DNA of 64,000 nt from an uncultured Acidobacteriota bacterium. Lineage in GTDB: Bacteria > Acidobacteriota > Blastocatellia > RBC074. The stretch spans positions 896,001 to 960,000 of the forward strand of contig CAWCKY010000001.1 of NCBI GenBank assembly GCA_963796275.1. Reading direction: 5' to 3'. This document shows positions 30,503 to 42,286 of the stretch, in pieces. The position numbers were made by a program, and so were the translations under genes. The stretch's first letter is position 1, and every line of letters begins with the position of its first letter. Below the pieces are notes generated by a model. It was not told where the DNA came from and did no database searches. It worked only from the letters and a program-made list of their open reading frames with translations.

Positions 30503-31705
30503 ATGAATCAACGAAGGCTGTTTATCGCCAGTTGTCTATCGCTGGTTGTCACCGCGATGATTTTTGCGTTGCGAGGAAACATAGAGGATTTGGTCCTTAA
30601 TGATCCTGCCCTCAGCGGGTATTTCGATCCCACCAAGCCCCGCGCGGATTATGGCTGGATTTCAACTATGGCCTTTTTCGGTTTCGCGGGTTCGATCCTG
30701 GTCGCATCGCCGATGCTCGATGCGCTGAAGATGCGAAACCTTCTCTATCTCGCCTTCGGGCTTCACATCATCGGAGTTGTTGGCTTCATTATGGCTCCCA
30801 GCTATACGGTGATGTCGCTCGCCATGCTGCTGGCTGGTTTCGGCAACGGTCTCGTTGAAGCCGTGATAAACCCTCTGATTGCCACTATGTATCCGGAAGA
30901 GAAGACGCATAAACTCAATGTGCTGCATTCGTGGTGGCCGGGTGGGCTGATAATAGGCGGCCTTCTGGGATATTTCATGAAGACGATGGGATTGAGCTGG
31001 CAGATGCAAATGGGCCTCGTTCTCATTCCCACCGTAATTTATGGCATTTTGATTTTCGGCCAGGAGTTTCCGCTCACCGAGCGTAAGGCCTCTGGCATCT
31101 CGACCGGTCAGATGTTTCGGACGGCGGTCAATCCGGCATTTCTCCTTTTGATCTGCTGCATGATGATCACCGCTTCGATCGAACTGGCTCCCGGGCAGAT
31201 GGTCGATTCCGTCCTCAACAGTCTGGCGGGTATGAGTGGCATTCTGATTCTGGTCTATGGGAGTGCGTTGATGTTCGTCCTGCGCTATTTTGCGGGTCCG
31301 ATTGCGCACCGGATCTCCCCGATCGGAATGATGTGGGCCTCGACGACAATTGCCTCCGCCGGGTTGTACTTATTATCGCAGGTGACGACTCCGACGATGG
31401 CTTACGTCGCGGCGACGGTTTTCTATGTTGGGGTCTGTTTCATGTGGCCGACCATGCTAGGCATCACGTCAGAACGTTTTCCTCAGGGCGGCGCATTCAC
31501 TATGGGGCTGATGGGCTTTGCCGGGCAGTTCGCCCTCGGAATGGTCATCTTTAACATGGCTTCTATTCGGGACAAGATAGGAAATGCTGCGTCATTCAGG
31601 TGGGTCGCGTTGTTGGCTATCTTCCCGTTTATCGTCTTTACCATCTGGTGGATCAAGGACTATCTGGCGGGCGGCTATAAGACGGTTAAGCTGAGCCAAT
31701 CGTAA
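30503..31705 (+). CDS. MFS transporter
   Basis: About 12 hydrophobic segments; GNGLVEAVINPL, LNVLHSWWPGG and WPTMLG; RBS ggagg. Confidence 0.88.
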   Translation: MNQRRLFIASCLSLVVTAMIFALRGNIEDLVLNDPALSGYFDPTKPRADYGWISTMAFFGFAGSILVASPMLDALKMRNLLYLAFGLHIIGVVGFIMAPSYTVMSLAMLLAGFGNGLVEAVINPLIATMYPEEKTHKLNVLHSWWPGGLIIGGLLGYFMKTMGLSWQMQMGLVLIPTVIYGILIFGQEFPLTERKASGISTGQMFRTAVNPAFLLLICCMMITASIELAPGQMVDSVLNSLAGMSGILILVYGSALMFVLRYFAGPIAHRISPIGMMWASTTIASAGLYLLSQVTTPTMAYVAATVFYVGVCFMWPTMLGITSERFPQGGAFTMGLMGFAGQFALGMVIFNMASIRDKIGNAASFRWVALLAIFPFIVFTIWWIKDYLAGGYKTVKLSQS

Positions 31706-31805
31706 AATGGGAAGCTGGGGAGACAAGGCGACAGGGGGAGACCGCTTATAAAATTATCTGGTCCTCCTGCTCCTTGTCCCCCTGTTTCTTGCCTCTCATT
31801 TGATT

Positions 31806-32045
31806 TCACCCCCCAATAATCCCGGCCATACCGCAATTCAAGCAGCGATAGAGGGTGCCCGCGCGTTCGGGAAAGACTTGTACGTGCGCGGGGCCGCAGA
31901 CGTGCTCGACCTGGACCTCGAACAGCGTGTAATACTGTTCGTCGGCTACGCTCGACAAAGCATCGAAAATAGCCTGTTCTGCCATCGTATTCCGGTCGAC
32001 CGCCAGAAAAAAATCCCGTTCGTAATCTGAATAATCTTCAGACAT
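31806..32045 (-). CDS. Small acidic hypothetical protein with a possible HxC...CxxC metal site
   Basis: Strong RBS aaaggagg; EHVCG...YRCLNCG. Confidence 0.65.
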   Translation of the reverse strand: MSEDYSDYERDFFLAVDRNTMAEQAIFDALSSVADEQYYTLFEVQVEHVCGPAHVQVFPERAGTLYRCLNCGMAGIIGG

Positions 32046-32195
32046 TCATCCTCCTTTGATTAATACCCTGCAGAGGGCGGAAGAAAATTCACCGCAAAAT
32101 TTGCAAAAGGGACAAGCGCATAGATAGAGGCATCTCAATTACACCATTCTTTTGTCTATTTTGTTTGGGGCGATTCTGCTTTCCGCCAACCGCCT

Positions 32196-33482
32196 TCAGA
32201 CAATGCCCACCATGGCCAATGCCAGCAGCAATGCCCGTTTATAACCCAATTCGCGCCCGGCCGGATCATACCATTCGGTCAAACGGTGCGAATCACCCGA
32301 GACCCCTCCCACGCCCATGGTAATCGCAGGTATCCCCATGCTGATCGGAATATTCGAATCTGTCGAAGCGCGGTTCAGTACCGGATTGATGCCGAGAGCG
32401 CGTGATGCCTCGATCGCGGTGCGCACGATCGCCGCATCCCGCGGGGTTTCGCCGGAAGGGCGATTCCCGATCAGTCTTATCTCAGACTTTAGTTTCTGTC
32501 CGGAAGAGGCGCGTAGTGCGTTTTCATCCAATACGGCCTGATTGATCGCATCGAGCAGAAACTCTTCCAGTTTCGACAGCTCGTTCTCGGAAGCTGAACG
32601 CAGGTCGACATCCATCGATGCCGTTTGCGGGATGACATTGACCGATTCGCCTCCTTCTATGCGGCCGATGTTGTATGTTGTTCGCGGATCGGCCGGCGCT
32701 CGATAAGCGACTATTCGGGCGATCGCCCGTCCGACGGCGTTGACGGGGTTTACCACACCGAAATCCCCCCAGCTATGTCCGCCAGGGCCCTCCAGTTTGA
32801 CGCGGAACCGACGTGATCCCAGCGCCTGATGGGTGATGTAGTTAACGCCCGATCCATCGAAGGATGTAAATCCAGATATCTTGCCGGCGAGCCTTCCCTC
32901 GCTCAGCAGATGCCGGACCCCTCGAAGATCGCCTTCGCCCTCCTCGCCGACCGTGGCGACGAAGGCTATTGTCCCCTGCAGCTTGATGTTTGCCGCATTC
33001 ATGGACTGAACCAGGCTGATGAGAGAGGCGAGACCTGCCGCATCATCCGCTATGCCGGGGGCGCACAATCGTGAGCCGACTCGCCGAACCGTGACATCGG
33101 TGCCTTCGGGAAAGACCGTATCGAGATGCGCCGAGAGGACCAGGAGCGCGTGCTCGGATTGCCCGCGAAAAAAACCTATGACATTACCTTCGCTGTCGGC
33201 ATGGACATCGGCGAGCCCGAGCTCGGCGAAGCGCGAGGCGAAATACCGCCCCCGCTCCTGCTCTTTAAATGGAGGCGCGGGAATTTCACAGATGCGGGCG
33301 TGTTCGGCCGTAAATCGAGGGGCGGACGCATCGATGAAATCGAACGCCCGTTTCACCTGCGCATTGTTTACCAGGTCACTGATGGACTTCCAGGGATGAT
33401 GATCGAATATCGGGATTATTGATGCAGGCATGCGAAATAATCTACTGCGAGACCCTCCTCGTCGTGGATAATCTTCGGCCAA
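32196..33482 (-). CDS. M20/M25/M40 family metallo-hydrolase
   Basis: [25 protein letters not shown] and STDSN motifs; start uncertain. Confidence 0.87.
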   Translation of the reverse strand: MAEDYPRRGGSRSRLFRMPASIIPIFDHHPWKSISDLVNNAQVKRAFDFIDASAPRFTAEHARICEIPAPPFKEQERGRYFASRFAELGLADVHADSEGNVIGFFRGQSEHALLVLSAHLDTVFPEGTDVTVRRVGSRLCAPGIADDAAGLASLISLVQSMNAANIKLQGTIAFVATVGEEGEGDLRGVRHLLSEGRLAGKISGFTSFDGSGVNYITHQALGSRRFRVKLEGPGGHSWGDFGVVNPVNAVGRAIARIVAYRAPADPRTTYNIGRIEGGESVNVIPQTASMDVDLRSASENELSKLEEFLLDAINQAVLDENALRASSGQKLKSEIRLIGNRPSGETPRDAAIVRTAIEASRALGINPVLNRASTDSNIPISMGIPAITMGVGGVSGDSHRLTEWYDPAGRELGYKRALLLALAMVGIV

Positions 33483-33570
33483 CGATTGTTCAATCTTAGC
33501 GTAAAAATTGCAATCCCAAAGCCACCTTGCGCGCCTCTTGTTTTTGGTGTAGAAGGTGAGCCTCCGTGGA

Positions 33571-33673
33571 TTAGTTTTCGTTTTCAGTTTTCAGTTTATT
33601 AGTTGGATGGTAACGATCGACTGCTGAAAACTGAAAACTGATACCTGAAAACTGAAAACTATTTTCAGAGGAG
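33571..33673 (+). repeat. (TTTTCAG)n-loop-(CTGAAAA)n hairpin element, copy 4
   Basis: Loop ttggatggtaacgatcgac; tail ctattttcagaggag before the glpX ATG. Confidence 0.85.
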
Positions 33674-33681
33674 CCATTGAC

Positions 33682-34731
33682 ATGAACCAACAACGTCCGC
33701 TTGAACACGATCTACTTTTCGATTTTCTGCGGGTCGTCGAAGCAGCCGCCATCGCGGCCGCGCGCACTATGGGAAAAGGCGACCGTAAGTATTCCGACCA
33801 CGTTGCAGTCGAAATGATGCGTCAGGTTATGGATACCATCCCCATGGATGGAACCGTCGTTATCGGGGAGGGCGAGCGCGACGAGGCCCCGATGCTCTAT
33901 ATCGGCGAAAGGGTCGGATTGGGTGCAAAAAACGGCAATGATGGGAACCATCCGCAGGTCGATATCGCCGTCGATCCGCTCGAAGGAACGAACTTATGCG
34001 CGACGGGAGCGGCGAACGCCATCGCTGTCCTGGCCGCTGCCGAGAAAGGCGGCCTCCTCCACGCGCCCGATATCTATATGAACAAGATCGTCGTCGGTCC
34101 CTCTTCTAAAGGCGCGGTCGACATCGATTCGCCGGTCAGGGATAACCTCAACGCAATTGCGACGCGATTGAAACGCAAAGTCGAGGATCTGACGGTCGTC
34201 GTGCTTGATCGTCCGCGACACCGCAAGTTGATCCAGGATATCCGTGATACGGGTGCGCGTATCAGATTGATCGGCGACGGCGATCTCTCCGCGGGTATCT
34301 CCTCGGCGGTTGCGGGGTCCGGCGTTCATGCGCTGATGGGCATCGGAGGCGGGCCGGAAGGAGTCATCACCGCCGCCGCAATGAAATGTCTCAACGGCGA
34401 AATCCAGGCGCGATTTATGATGAAGGAACAGCTCGAACAGCCCGAAGACCGCTCTAAGATTGCGGATGGCATGTATGAACGGATGCAGGCGATGGGAATC
34501 AGCGATCCCACGCGAGTCTTCGATACCAACGAACTCGCTCCGGGGAAGAAGATAATCTTCGCGGCCTGCGGTGTGACCGACGGCACGATTCTGAACGGCG
34601 TCAGATTTTTCGGCACCGGGAAGCGCACGCAATCGTTGGTGATGACGACCGAGACGAGGCACGTCCGCTTTGTCGATACCGTTCACGTCGAAGGAGGTCC
34701 GGATTCATTTGTCCGGTTCGATAGGAGTTGA
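33682..34731 (+). CDS. glpX: Class II fructose-1,6-bisphosphatase
   Basis: [37 protein letters not shown] and GIGGGPEGV motifs. Confidence 0.95.
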   Translation: MNQQRPLEHDLLFDFLRVVEAAAIAAARTMGKGDRKYSDHVAVEMMRQVMDTIPMDGTVVIGEGERDEAPMLYIGERVGLGAKNGNDGNHPQVDIAVDPLEGTNLCATGAANAIAVLAAAEKGGLLHAPDIYMNKIVVGPSSKGAVDIDSPVRDNLNAIATRLKRKVEDLTVVVLDRPRHRKLIQDIRDTGARIRLIGDGDLSAGISSAVAGSGVHALMGIGGGPEGVITAAAMKCLNGEIQARFMMKEQLEQPEDRSKIADGMYERMQAMGISDPTRVFDTNELAPGKKIIFAACGVTDGTILNGVRFFGTGKRTQSLVMTTETRHVRFVDTVHVEGGPDSFVRFDRS

Positions 34732-35249
34732 GAAGCCCTCGTTTGAAGACCGCCGTTGTACGCAGAGCAGGAGCGGTCTATCTATCATTATTGCTGATAT
34801 CGCTCGCCTGGCTGGGTGCGATCGCAGTTGCCCCGTTTTTATTGGCTAAAAACCATCTGACCTCCTCATTGATCATTTATCAATGCTTTTCCATGATCTG
34901 TCATCAGATCCCGGACCGCAGCTTTCACTACTGGGGTTATCCGCTGGGAGTTTGTTCGCGCTGTGCGGGTATTTATGGAGGATTTTTTGCCGGCCTCCTG
35001 CTCTATCCGCTGCTAAGAAATATTCGCGACGGGAGGTTTCCGTCGCGATGGTGGCTGGTCGCTGCGACTATTCCCATGTTGATCGATTTCGCCTGCGACT
35101 TCACGAAAATTCTGGCCAACACATTTTTTTCACGAACGTTAACCGGTCTATTGTTCGGATCGGTTACCGCGTTCTTTATCTTACCTGGTTTCATCGCCGC
35201 ATTTCATGCAGATAATGCCGATTTAACCCCCGACCCCTACGGAGGATGA
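34728..35249 (+). CDS. DUF2085-like membrane protein
   Basis: [10 protein letters not shown]...VCSRCAGIY motif plus TM segments. Confidence 0.82.
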   Translation: MRSPRLKTAVVRRAGAVYLSLLLISLAWLGAIAVAPFLLAKNHLTSSLIIYQCFSMICHQIPDRSFHYWGYPLGVCSRCAGIYGGFFAGLLLYPLLRNIRDGRFPSRWWLVAATIPMLIDFACDFTKILANTFFSRTLTGLLFGSVTAFFILPGFIAAFHADNADLTPDPYGG

Positions 35250-35255
35250 CTAGTT

Positions 35256-35825
35256 ATGAACGATCTCGATTGGAAAATGCCGGCGCTGTTCGGCGGATTG
35301 ATCACCGGGGTGTTCTCGGTAGTTCCGATTGTCAACCTCGCGAATTGTTGTTTCTGTGGCTGGGCGCTGTTCGGTGGCGTCATCGCCGCAAAGATGCTGA
35401 TCAACCGAACTCCGCATCAGGTTAAAAGCAGTGAAGGGGCTAAGGTAGGAGTGATGGCAGGACTGGTCGCCATTGCCGTATATTTGCTCATCTCTACGCC
35501 GTTGATCTTGTCGGGGGCGTTTGAAGGGTTTCAGACTCAATTGATGTCGAGGATCGGAGAATATTCGAATGATCCCAATATTCAGGATGCAATGCAGAGA
35601 GCGATAGAGGAGAACCAAAACAGAACGGCAATCCAGAAATATATCGGTTCTCTCGTATTTCTGATTCCTTTCTCTGTATTTCTTGGGGCATTCTGCGTGC
35701 TGGGAGGGTTGCTGGGAGTGGCATTGTTCGAAAAACGTAAGGATATGCCGTCACCACCGCAATATCCTCCGACGATCACACCCACGTATCCGTCACAGTA
35801 TCCTCCGCAGTCTGGCGGAGAATAA
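35256..35825 (+). CDS. Hypothetical membrane protein with a Pro/Tyr-rich tail
   Basis: TM segments, NCCFC motif, PPQYPP tail, RBS ggagg. Confidence 0.75.
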   Translation: MNDLDWKMPALFGGLITGVFSVVPIVNLANCCFCGWALFGGVIAAKMLINRTPHQVKSSEGAKVGVMAGLVAIAVYLLISTPLILSGAFEGFQTQLMSRIGEYSNDPNIQDAMQRAIEENQNRTAIQKYIGSLVFLIPFSVFLGAFCVLGGLLGVALFEKRKDMPSPPQYPPTITPTYPSQYPPQSGGE

Positions 35826-36221
35826 AAGAGCGGCGAAGAATTCGATGGGGAGCGGGCGAGCGGTGATGCCAAAAGTATTAACAAACATCCCTATTTATCC
35901 CAATCTCGTTCGTCGCTCCCCAGCTACATTTTGACGTCACCGCGACGAATTCTTCGACCTTAGAAAATTTTGCGCTTGTATGAAACCCCAGATTAAGGCT
36001 ATCATCCCCCTTCACCTGAACCGACTGGTATCACGTCGAAACCGATAATTTAAGGTATTCTCTACCATCTCCTTGATTCTAAATACCTCCCGAAAATGAC
36101 ATTTTAGAACGGCACGTATAACTTCAGATTGATCCGGGACTAATCCCCTAGACACAGGATGAAAGGTTTTGCCCTTGTATCCTGAAAAGAGAACCGGCCT
36201 GGAAAAATCTGTAGGTGAAAA

Positions 36222-37109
36222 GTGATGAAGTTCGAAAATGCTACGGTCAATGCGCTGACGGTAGATGTGGAGGATTATTTTCAGGTAGAAGCCTTTTCCG
36301 GCAATATCTCTCGCAGCGATTGGTCCCGGTGGGAATCGAGAGTCGAGAGAAATACTGATGGTCTGCTTGATCTATTCGAACTCCACAATGCTCGCGGCAC
36401 ATTCTTCATTCTCGGTTGGGTGGCGCAAAAATTTCCGAAGGTTGTGCGGAAGATCGTCAATTCCGGACACGAAATCGCCTGTCACGGTTATAACCATGAG
36501 CTGATCAGCAATCAGAGCCCCGACCAGTTCCGATTCGACATCAGGCGTGCCAAATCAGTACTGGAGGATATCGGCGGGGTGATTGTCGATGGTTACCGCG
36601 CGCCCACATATTCCATAACTTCACAGACGCTCTGGGCCCTGGACATTCTGATCGAAGAGGGATTTCGCTACGATTCATCAATATTTCCCGTTTACCACGA
36701 CCGTTATGGCATACCGCAGGCCGGGCGCTTTCCCTATGTCATTCATTGTGCGTCAGGTGACATCCTGGAATTTCCCCCCTCGACCGTACAGATACTCAAC
36801 CAGAATCTGCCGATAGTGGGTGGAGGTTATTTCCGGCTCATGCCTTATCCGCTCTTCCGCTGGGGGGTGCGGCACATCAATCGAAGAGAAGGTCGATCGG
36901 CGATCTTTATGATCCATTCCTGGGAGATCGATCCGTCTCAGCCGATTATGCCGGGAACATGGGCAAATATCTGGCGCCATCGCAAAAATCTGCATCTAAC
37001 CAGACCTCGATTGGAAAAACTCCTTGAAGAATTTCGTTTTGCCCCTGTAAGCGAAGTCTTACAGCTCGATTTGGATGCCGCGCGTTTCACTATCGCCGCG
37101 CATTTTTAA
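36222..37109 (+). CDS. Polysaccharide deacetylase, XrtA/PEP-CTERM system-associated type
   Basis: [41 protein letters not shown] and HSWEID. Confidence 0.88.
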   Translation: MMKFENATVNALTVDVEDYFQVEAFSGNISRSDWSRWESRVERNTDGLLDLFELHNARGTFFILGWVAQKFPKVVRKIVNSGHEIACHGYNHELISNQSPDQFRFDIRRAKSVLEDIGGVIVDGYRAPTYSITSQTLWALDILIEEGFRYDSSIFPVYHDRYGIPQAGRFPYVIHCASGDILEFPPSTVQILNQNLPIVGGGYFRLMPYPLFRWGVRHINRREGRSAIFMIHSWEIDPSQPIMPGTWANIWRHRKNLHLTRPRLEKLLEEFRFAPVSEVLQLDLDAARFTIAAHF

Positions 37110-37136
37110 TGAAATAGCGAACAGAAAAATAGACTT

Positions 37137-38249
37137 ATGAGCTTCAGTTCACCCACTAATCCGGCCGTTTCGGGTGCGCCCCCTCGGGTGGCGAAACGCG
37201 CAACCGTTTCTATCAAACGCTTGACCGGCGCCGATGTCGAAAGGTGGGATGAATACGTGATGCGAACTCCGGAAGCCACTTTTTGTCATCGCAGCGGATG
37301 GATAAAAGTCATTGAAGAGACGTGGCGCCACAGGTCGCATTCCCTATTGGCCGAGCGCGATGGGGACGTCACCGGCGTGCTGCCGCTCGTTCACGTAAAG
37401 AGCCGCATCTTCGGGTCGATGTTGGTCTCGACTCCGAATGCGGCTTATGGCGGCGCTGTGGCGGATGAAGCGGCAACCTCCCGCGCATTGATCGAGGCGG
37501 CCAAGCAATTAGCCAAGGATCTGGACGTCGATTATCTGGAACTGCGCAATCAGGGATCGACCGAATATGGTTGGCAGACGGAAGGCTTCCAGCCTCAGAA
37601 TCTCTACGTCAGTTTCGATTGTCCGATCACGCCCGAGGAAGAGAGCTTAATGAAGAGTTTCCCCGGTGACGTTCGCCGGATGATCCGGCAAGGGCTCAAG
37701 CACGGGTTGAATGCAGAGTTCGGACGTGAGGAATTGCTCGACGACTTTTATGAGGTCTACGCCACGAGCGTGCATAACCTGGGTACTCCCGTATTCCCGA
37801 AAAGACTGTTCGCTGAGTTCCTCCGCACATTCACGAATGAATGCGACATCCTCATCGTTCGCCATGCCGGCGGCGTTGCGGGGGGAGTGATGAATTTCTA
37901 TTTTCGCGATGTCGTCCTGCCATACTTCGGCGGCGCATATGCGAAATATTATCGGACCGGAATAAACAATTTTATGTACTGGGAGTTGATGCGCAGCGCC
38001 GCCGCGCGCGGTTATCGAACATTTGATTTCGGAAGAAGCAAATGCGGCGCCGGATCGTACGAATTCAAGCGCGGTTGGCGAATGCGAGAGCGGCCCCTGC
38101 CATACCAATATTTTCTAGTGCGAAGAAAAGAGATGCCAAACCTGAATCCGTCAAATCCGAAGTTCAGGCTGATGATCGAGGCATGGAAACGCCTTCCGCT
38201 GGGTGCGACGAAGGTAATCGGGCCGTGGATCGTGAGGAATTTACCGTAA
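37137..38249 (+). CDS. FemAB-like GNAT protein, XrtA/PEP-CTERM system-associated type
   Basis: ATFCHRSGW, YGG, YLELR, LGTPVFP, FDFGRS and NLNPSNPKF. Confidence 0.85.
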   Translation: MSFSSPTNPAVSGAPPRVAKRATVSIKRLTGADVERWDEYVMRTPEATFCHRSGWIKVIEETWRHRSHSLLAERDGDVTGVLPLVHVKSRIFGSMLVSTPNAAYGGAVADEAATSRALIEAAKQLAKDLDVDYLELRNQGSTEYGWQTEGFQPQNLYVSFDCPITPEEESLMKSFPGDVRRMIRQGLKHGLNAEFGREELLDDFYEVYATSVHNLGTPVFPKRLFAEFLRTFTNECDILIVRHAGGVAGGVMNFYFRDVVLPYFGGAYAKYYRTGINNFMYWELMRSAAARGYRTFDFGRSKCGAGSYEFKRGWRMRERPLPYQYFLVRRKEMPNLNPSNPKFRLMIEAWKRLPLGATKVIGPWIVRNLP

Positions 38250-38345
38250 TGAAAGCCAAAAGGCCGAAAAGTAGGGAAAACGAGATCGATGGCAGATTTT
38301 CTCTCGCTTTTGCACCTTTCTGTCTTTTGTTTCCCATTCTTTTTT

Positions 38346-39602
38346 ATGAATAGAATGAAACTGTTATTCTTGGCCCATCGCGTACCATATCCTCCGAATA
38401 AAGGCGACAAGATTCGTTCGTATAATGAGCTGCGCGGATTCGTTGAGCGAGGGAACGAGGTCCATCTGCTTGCATTTGCCGATAACCGTCGCGACTCGAG
38501 CTATCAGGAAATCCTGACGCAACTTTGCGCTTCGGCCGAGATTGTCCCCCTACGTCGTCTTGATGCAAAATTGCGCGCGTCTGCGAATTTGATGACGAGT
38601 AAGCCGCTTTCGCTCGGCTATTTTGAATCGGGGAAGATGAAGCGGCTGGTCAGGCAGTCGATCGCCCAAAACGATTACGATGCCGTCTTCGTCTACTCGT
38701 CCACCATGGCGCAGTACGTGCCGTGCGAGTTATGGGCTCGAACGATCGTCGACCTGGTCGATGTCGATTCGGAGAAGTGGCGCGATTATGCTCATTTCGC
38801 GAAACCTCCGAAGTCGTGGCTCTTTGATCTGGAATGGAAAAGGTTGCGGCGCTACGAGTATGAGATCGTCCGGCGCTTCGCTTTCACGATCCTGACGACG
38901 CAGCGCGAGGCGTCATTGCTGGAAGATCTGGATGAATTCACCAGGCACGCGCGTTTGCGGATCATCACCAACGGCGTCGATCTGGATTATTTTCACGCTG
39001 ATGACGAACGAGCCATATCGCCCACGCCGCGACTGGTCTTCGTCGGTGCGATGGATTATTACGCCAATATCGAAGGCGTCACCTGGTTTGTCGAGAAGGT
39101 TTTCCCCTTGATACGCCGACTCGAGCCGCGGGCGGAGTTTTACATCGTGGGGAGCAATCCGACGAGCGAAGTCGAACAACTCGGACGGTGCAAGGGTGTG
39201 AGCGTCACCGGTTTGGTCTTTGACGTGCGCCCGTTCATGCGCAGCGCGACCGCTTGCGTCGTACCGCTGCGGATCGCACGCGGCGTTCAAAACAAAGTCC
39301 TCGAGGCAATGGCGGCGGGTAAGGCGATCGTCGCCACGCCGGAGGCCGTCGCAGGATTGCACGTCAAAGATGGAAAGGAATTACTACTGGCCCGGACGCC
39401 GGAGGAGTTTGCCGATGCGACCCTCAGCCTGATCCGTCAGGATACGCTGCGTCGCGAATTATCGCGCAAATCGCTACGCTTCGTCGAAACCGAGCACGAC
39501 TGGGAGCCGCTCGTGAAGAGCGTGAACGAATTGATCGAATCAGTCGCACTCAGGCATTCGACACATGCGGGAAACGATCTGAGATCGTTGGTACATAAAT
39601 GA
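38346..39602 (+). CDS. GT4 glycosyltransferase, PEP-CTERM/XrtA-associated (TIGR03087-like)
   Basis: HRVPYPPNKGDKIRS, VDVDSEKW, FVGAMDY and PLRIARGVQNKVLEAMA. Confidence 0.88.
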   Translation: MNRMKLLFLAHRVPYPPNKGDKIRSYNELRGFVERGNEVHLLAFADNRRDSSYQEILTQLCASAEIVPLRRLDAKLRASANLMTSKPLSLGYFESGKMKRLVRQSIAQNDYDAVFVYSSTMAQYVPCELWARTIVDLVDVDSEKWRDYAHFAKPPKSWLFDLEWKRLRRYEYEIVRRFAFTILTTQREASLLEDLDEFTRHARLRIITNGVDLDYFHADDERAISPTPRLVFVGAMDYYANIEGVTWFVEKVFPLIRRLEPRAEFYIVGSNPTSEVEQLGRCKGVSVTGLVFDVRPFMRSATACVVPLRIARGVQNKVLEAMAAGKAIVATPEAVAGLHVKDGKELLLARTPEEFADATLSLIRQDTLRRELSRKSLRFVETEHDWEPLVKSVNELIESVALRHSTHAGNDLRSLVHK

Positions 39603-40702
39603 TAAAGATCATCAACGTCGTGGGGGCGCGCCCGAATTTCATGAAGATGGCTCCGATCATTGCCGCGATCCGGCGGCGGTCGGGCGAGGCGAGTCAACTG
39701 CTTGTCCATACTGGACAACATTACGATGAGGCGATGTCCAGGGCTTTTTTCCGCGACCTGGAGATGCCCCCGCCCGACGTTGATCTGGGCATAGGCTCCG
39801 GCACTCACGCGGAACAGACCGCGCGCGTGATGCTCGCGTTCGAGCCGATCTTGAACGAAGAGCGGCCCGATTGGGTCGTCGTCGTCGGGGATGTCAATTC
39901 GACGCTCGCTTGCGCGCTGGTGGCGAGTAAGCTAAATACGCGGGTCGCGCACGTCGAAGCGGGATTGCGCAGCTACGACAGGACGATGCCTGAAGAGATC
40001 AACCGGGTGCTGACGGATCAGATCGCCGACTTATTATTCACGCCGAGCGAGGATGCCGATGCTAACCTGCTTCGCGAAGGAATCAGGTCTGAGAAGATAG
40101 TGCGAGTCGGTAATGTAATGATCGACACGTTGATGAGACGGTTGAGCGTATCGGAGAGTTCCGGAATTCTCGAACATTTGAATCTGCAGCGAGGGGCGTT
40201 TGCGGTCTTGACGCTCCATCGCCCCTCGAACGTCGATGATGCGGTGACGCTGCGCGCGATTTTCACCGCGCTCGGCGAGGTCGCGCACAGGCTGCCGGTA
40301 ATCTTTCCGGCTCATCCACGAACACGCTTACGCTTGCGTGAGTTCGGGATCGAACAGCCGCACGGCGTCACGATCTTAGAGCCGTTGGGTTATCTCGATT
40401 TTCTTCAGCTCTGGAGCAGTGCGCGGCTGGTGATGACGGATTCGGGAGGTTTACAGGAAGAGACTACCGCGCTCTCCGTGCCTTGTCTGACATTGCGGGA
40501 GAACACCGAACGCCCTATCACCGTTGAGCAGGGCACAAACAAGGTCGTCGGGCGAGACCCGGTTCGTATCGTCGAAGCCGTCTCGCAGGTCTTAGGCAAC
40601 GGACGGCCGTCTAAAAAGCGGGTGCCGGATATGTGGGATGGGCATGCGGCTGATCGTATCGTCGAGGCGTTGCTAAACCCGGTTCATCGAATTCCCCCGT
40701 AG
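39599..40702 (+). CDS. wecB: UDP-N-acetylglucosamine 2-epimerase (non-hydrolysing)
   Basis: GARPNFMK, HTGQHYD, HVEAGLRS, PEEINR, TDSGGLQEE and TERP. Confidence 0.95.
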   Translation: MIKIINVVGARPNFMKMAPIIAAIRRRSGEASQLLVHTGQHYDEAMSRAFFRDLEMPPPDVDLGIGSGTHAEQTARVMLAFEPILNEERPDWVVVVGDVNSTLACALVASKLNTRVAHVEAGLRSYDRTMPEEINRVLTDQIADLLFTPSEDADANLLREGIRSEKIVRVGNVMIDTLMRRLSVSESSGILEHLNLQRGAFAVLTLHRPSNVDDAVTLRAIFTALGEVAHRLPVIFPAHPRTRLRLREFGIEQPHGVTILEPLGYLDFLQLWSSARLVMTDSGGLQEETTALSVPCLTLRENTERPITVEQGTNKVVGRDPVRIVEAVSQVLGNGRPSKKRVPDMWDGHAADRIVEALLNPVHRIPP

Positions 40703-40948
40703 TTATCTAAGATTAAAATCGACGGCAAGTAGCTATTTGACGATCATTAGCTAACAGGGGCCTTTGGCTCCAGCCCTGGCGATTGAATTGCGACGCCATA
40801 TCTTAGTTGTCATAAGTTTGCGTTTATTTTATCAGGTATACCCGGTTTGCCACGATCAATCGATCATTGCCAATCGTTTTCTCCGCAAAAAAAAGGCCGA
40901 TGACGATTCGCAATGAACAATGCTCAGATAAATGGGTGTTTGCATGCT

Positions 40949-42163
40949 ATGAAGGTTCTCCACGTACTCGATCACTCTTTGCCGTATTTCAGCGGATACA
41001 GTTTTCGCAGCGACTACATTATCCGTGCGCAGAAAAGCCTGGGCCTCAATCCGGTTGTCGTGACTTCTCCGAAACACGAGGATTTCAGCAACGAGCGCGA
41101 GGAGATAGACGATATCGAGTTTTACCGCGTCCGATGGCCTTCCTACTCTTCGTCGAGGCTGCAGACAGTCCCCCTGGTCAAAGAGATGGCCTGCATCGCC
41201 GTCCTCTCGAAGGAGATCTCGAGGATAGCCCTGAAATTAAAAGTAGAGATCATCCACTCTCATTCCCCCTTTCTCAACGGGCTGGCGGCGGCGCGGGCAT
41301 CGGAGCATCTGGGGGTCCCGTGGATCTACGAGCTGCGCTATTACGATGAAGATGCCGCTGTCGATCGAGGCAAGATCAAACACAATTCGTTGCGTTACAA
41401 ATTATCGCAGAGGCTGGAGCAATCTGCGCTTGAGCAGGCAGCTCGGATCGTGACGATCAGCTCGGCGTTGAAAGATGACCTGATTTGTCGCGGCATCGAG
41501 GAGAGCAAGATATTCGAAGTGCCGAACGGCGTAGATACCGATCATTTCCGACCGCGCGAGCCCGATGGCGAACTGATCGCCAAATATGGGCTCACTGGCA
41601 AAATCGTCATTGGATTCATCGGTTCGTTCTATTTTTACGAAGGTCTCGAGTTCCTGATTGACTCGGTACTTTTATTGCTCAAACAGAGGTATGACATAAA
41701 GGTACTTCTCGCGGGAGAAGGCGAGGCTCAAGCGGGGCTGGAGGCCCGTATCCCGGCGGGGCTGCGCGAACATTTCATCTTCACCGGGAATATTGCCCAC
41801 AATGATGTGCGCCGCTATTACTCGGTGATGGACATGCTGGTCTATCCGCGCATCAAATCGAGGCTGACCGAATTGACCACGCCTCTCAAACCGCTTGAAG
41901 CGATGGCGATGGGCAGGGTTGTGGTGGGCAGCGATACGGGCGGGATCCGCGAACTGGTGAAGGATGGGTTGAATGGGTTTCTGGTCGGCACCAGGAACCC
42001 GGAGGCGATTGCTGGTTGCCTGGCGAAACTCGCCGGAGACCTGACCGTACGGCGCAATATCGGGGAACAGGCGCGAGATTTCGTAATGCGAGAGCGCGAG
42101 TGGAAAAAGCTGGTCGAGCGTTATTTCAATATTTACAACATGGCGTTGCAGGAGAGCGGATAA
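40949..42163 (+). CDS. GT4 glycosyltransferase, exosortase A system-associated type
   Basis: LHVLDHSLP..SGY, IHSHSP, GFIGSFYFYEG and RLTELTTPLKPLEAMA. Confidence 0.87.
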   Translation: MKVLHVLDHSLPYFSGYSFRSDYIIRAQKSLGLNPVVVTSPKHEDFSNEREEIDDIEFYRVRWPSYSSSRLQTVPLVKEMACIAVLSKEISRIALKLKVEIIHSHSPFLNGLAAARASEHLGVPWIYELRYYDEDAAVDRGKIKHNSLRYKLSQRLEQSALEQAARIVTISSALKDDLICRGIEESKIFEVPNGVDTDHFRPREPDGELIAKYGLTGKIVIGFIGSFYFYEGLEFLIDSVLLLLKQRYDIKVLLAGEGEAQAGLEARIPAGLREHFIFTGNIAHNDVRRYYSVMDMLVYPRIKSRLTELTTPLKPLEAMAMGRVVVGSDTGGIRELVKDGLNGFLVGTRNPEAIAGCLAKLAGDLTVRRNIGEQARDFVMREREWKKLVERYFNIYNMALQESG

Positions 42164-42286
42164 TGAGAAATATCGGAAGTGAGCGACAACGAAACCGTGC
42201 TATCGAAGATAAGGCGTAAGCTTGATTACTCATTGATCTTTTCTTAACATCTCGCTTCTCCAGGCCGTCCATCCTCCCCGAATTTT

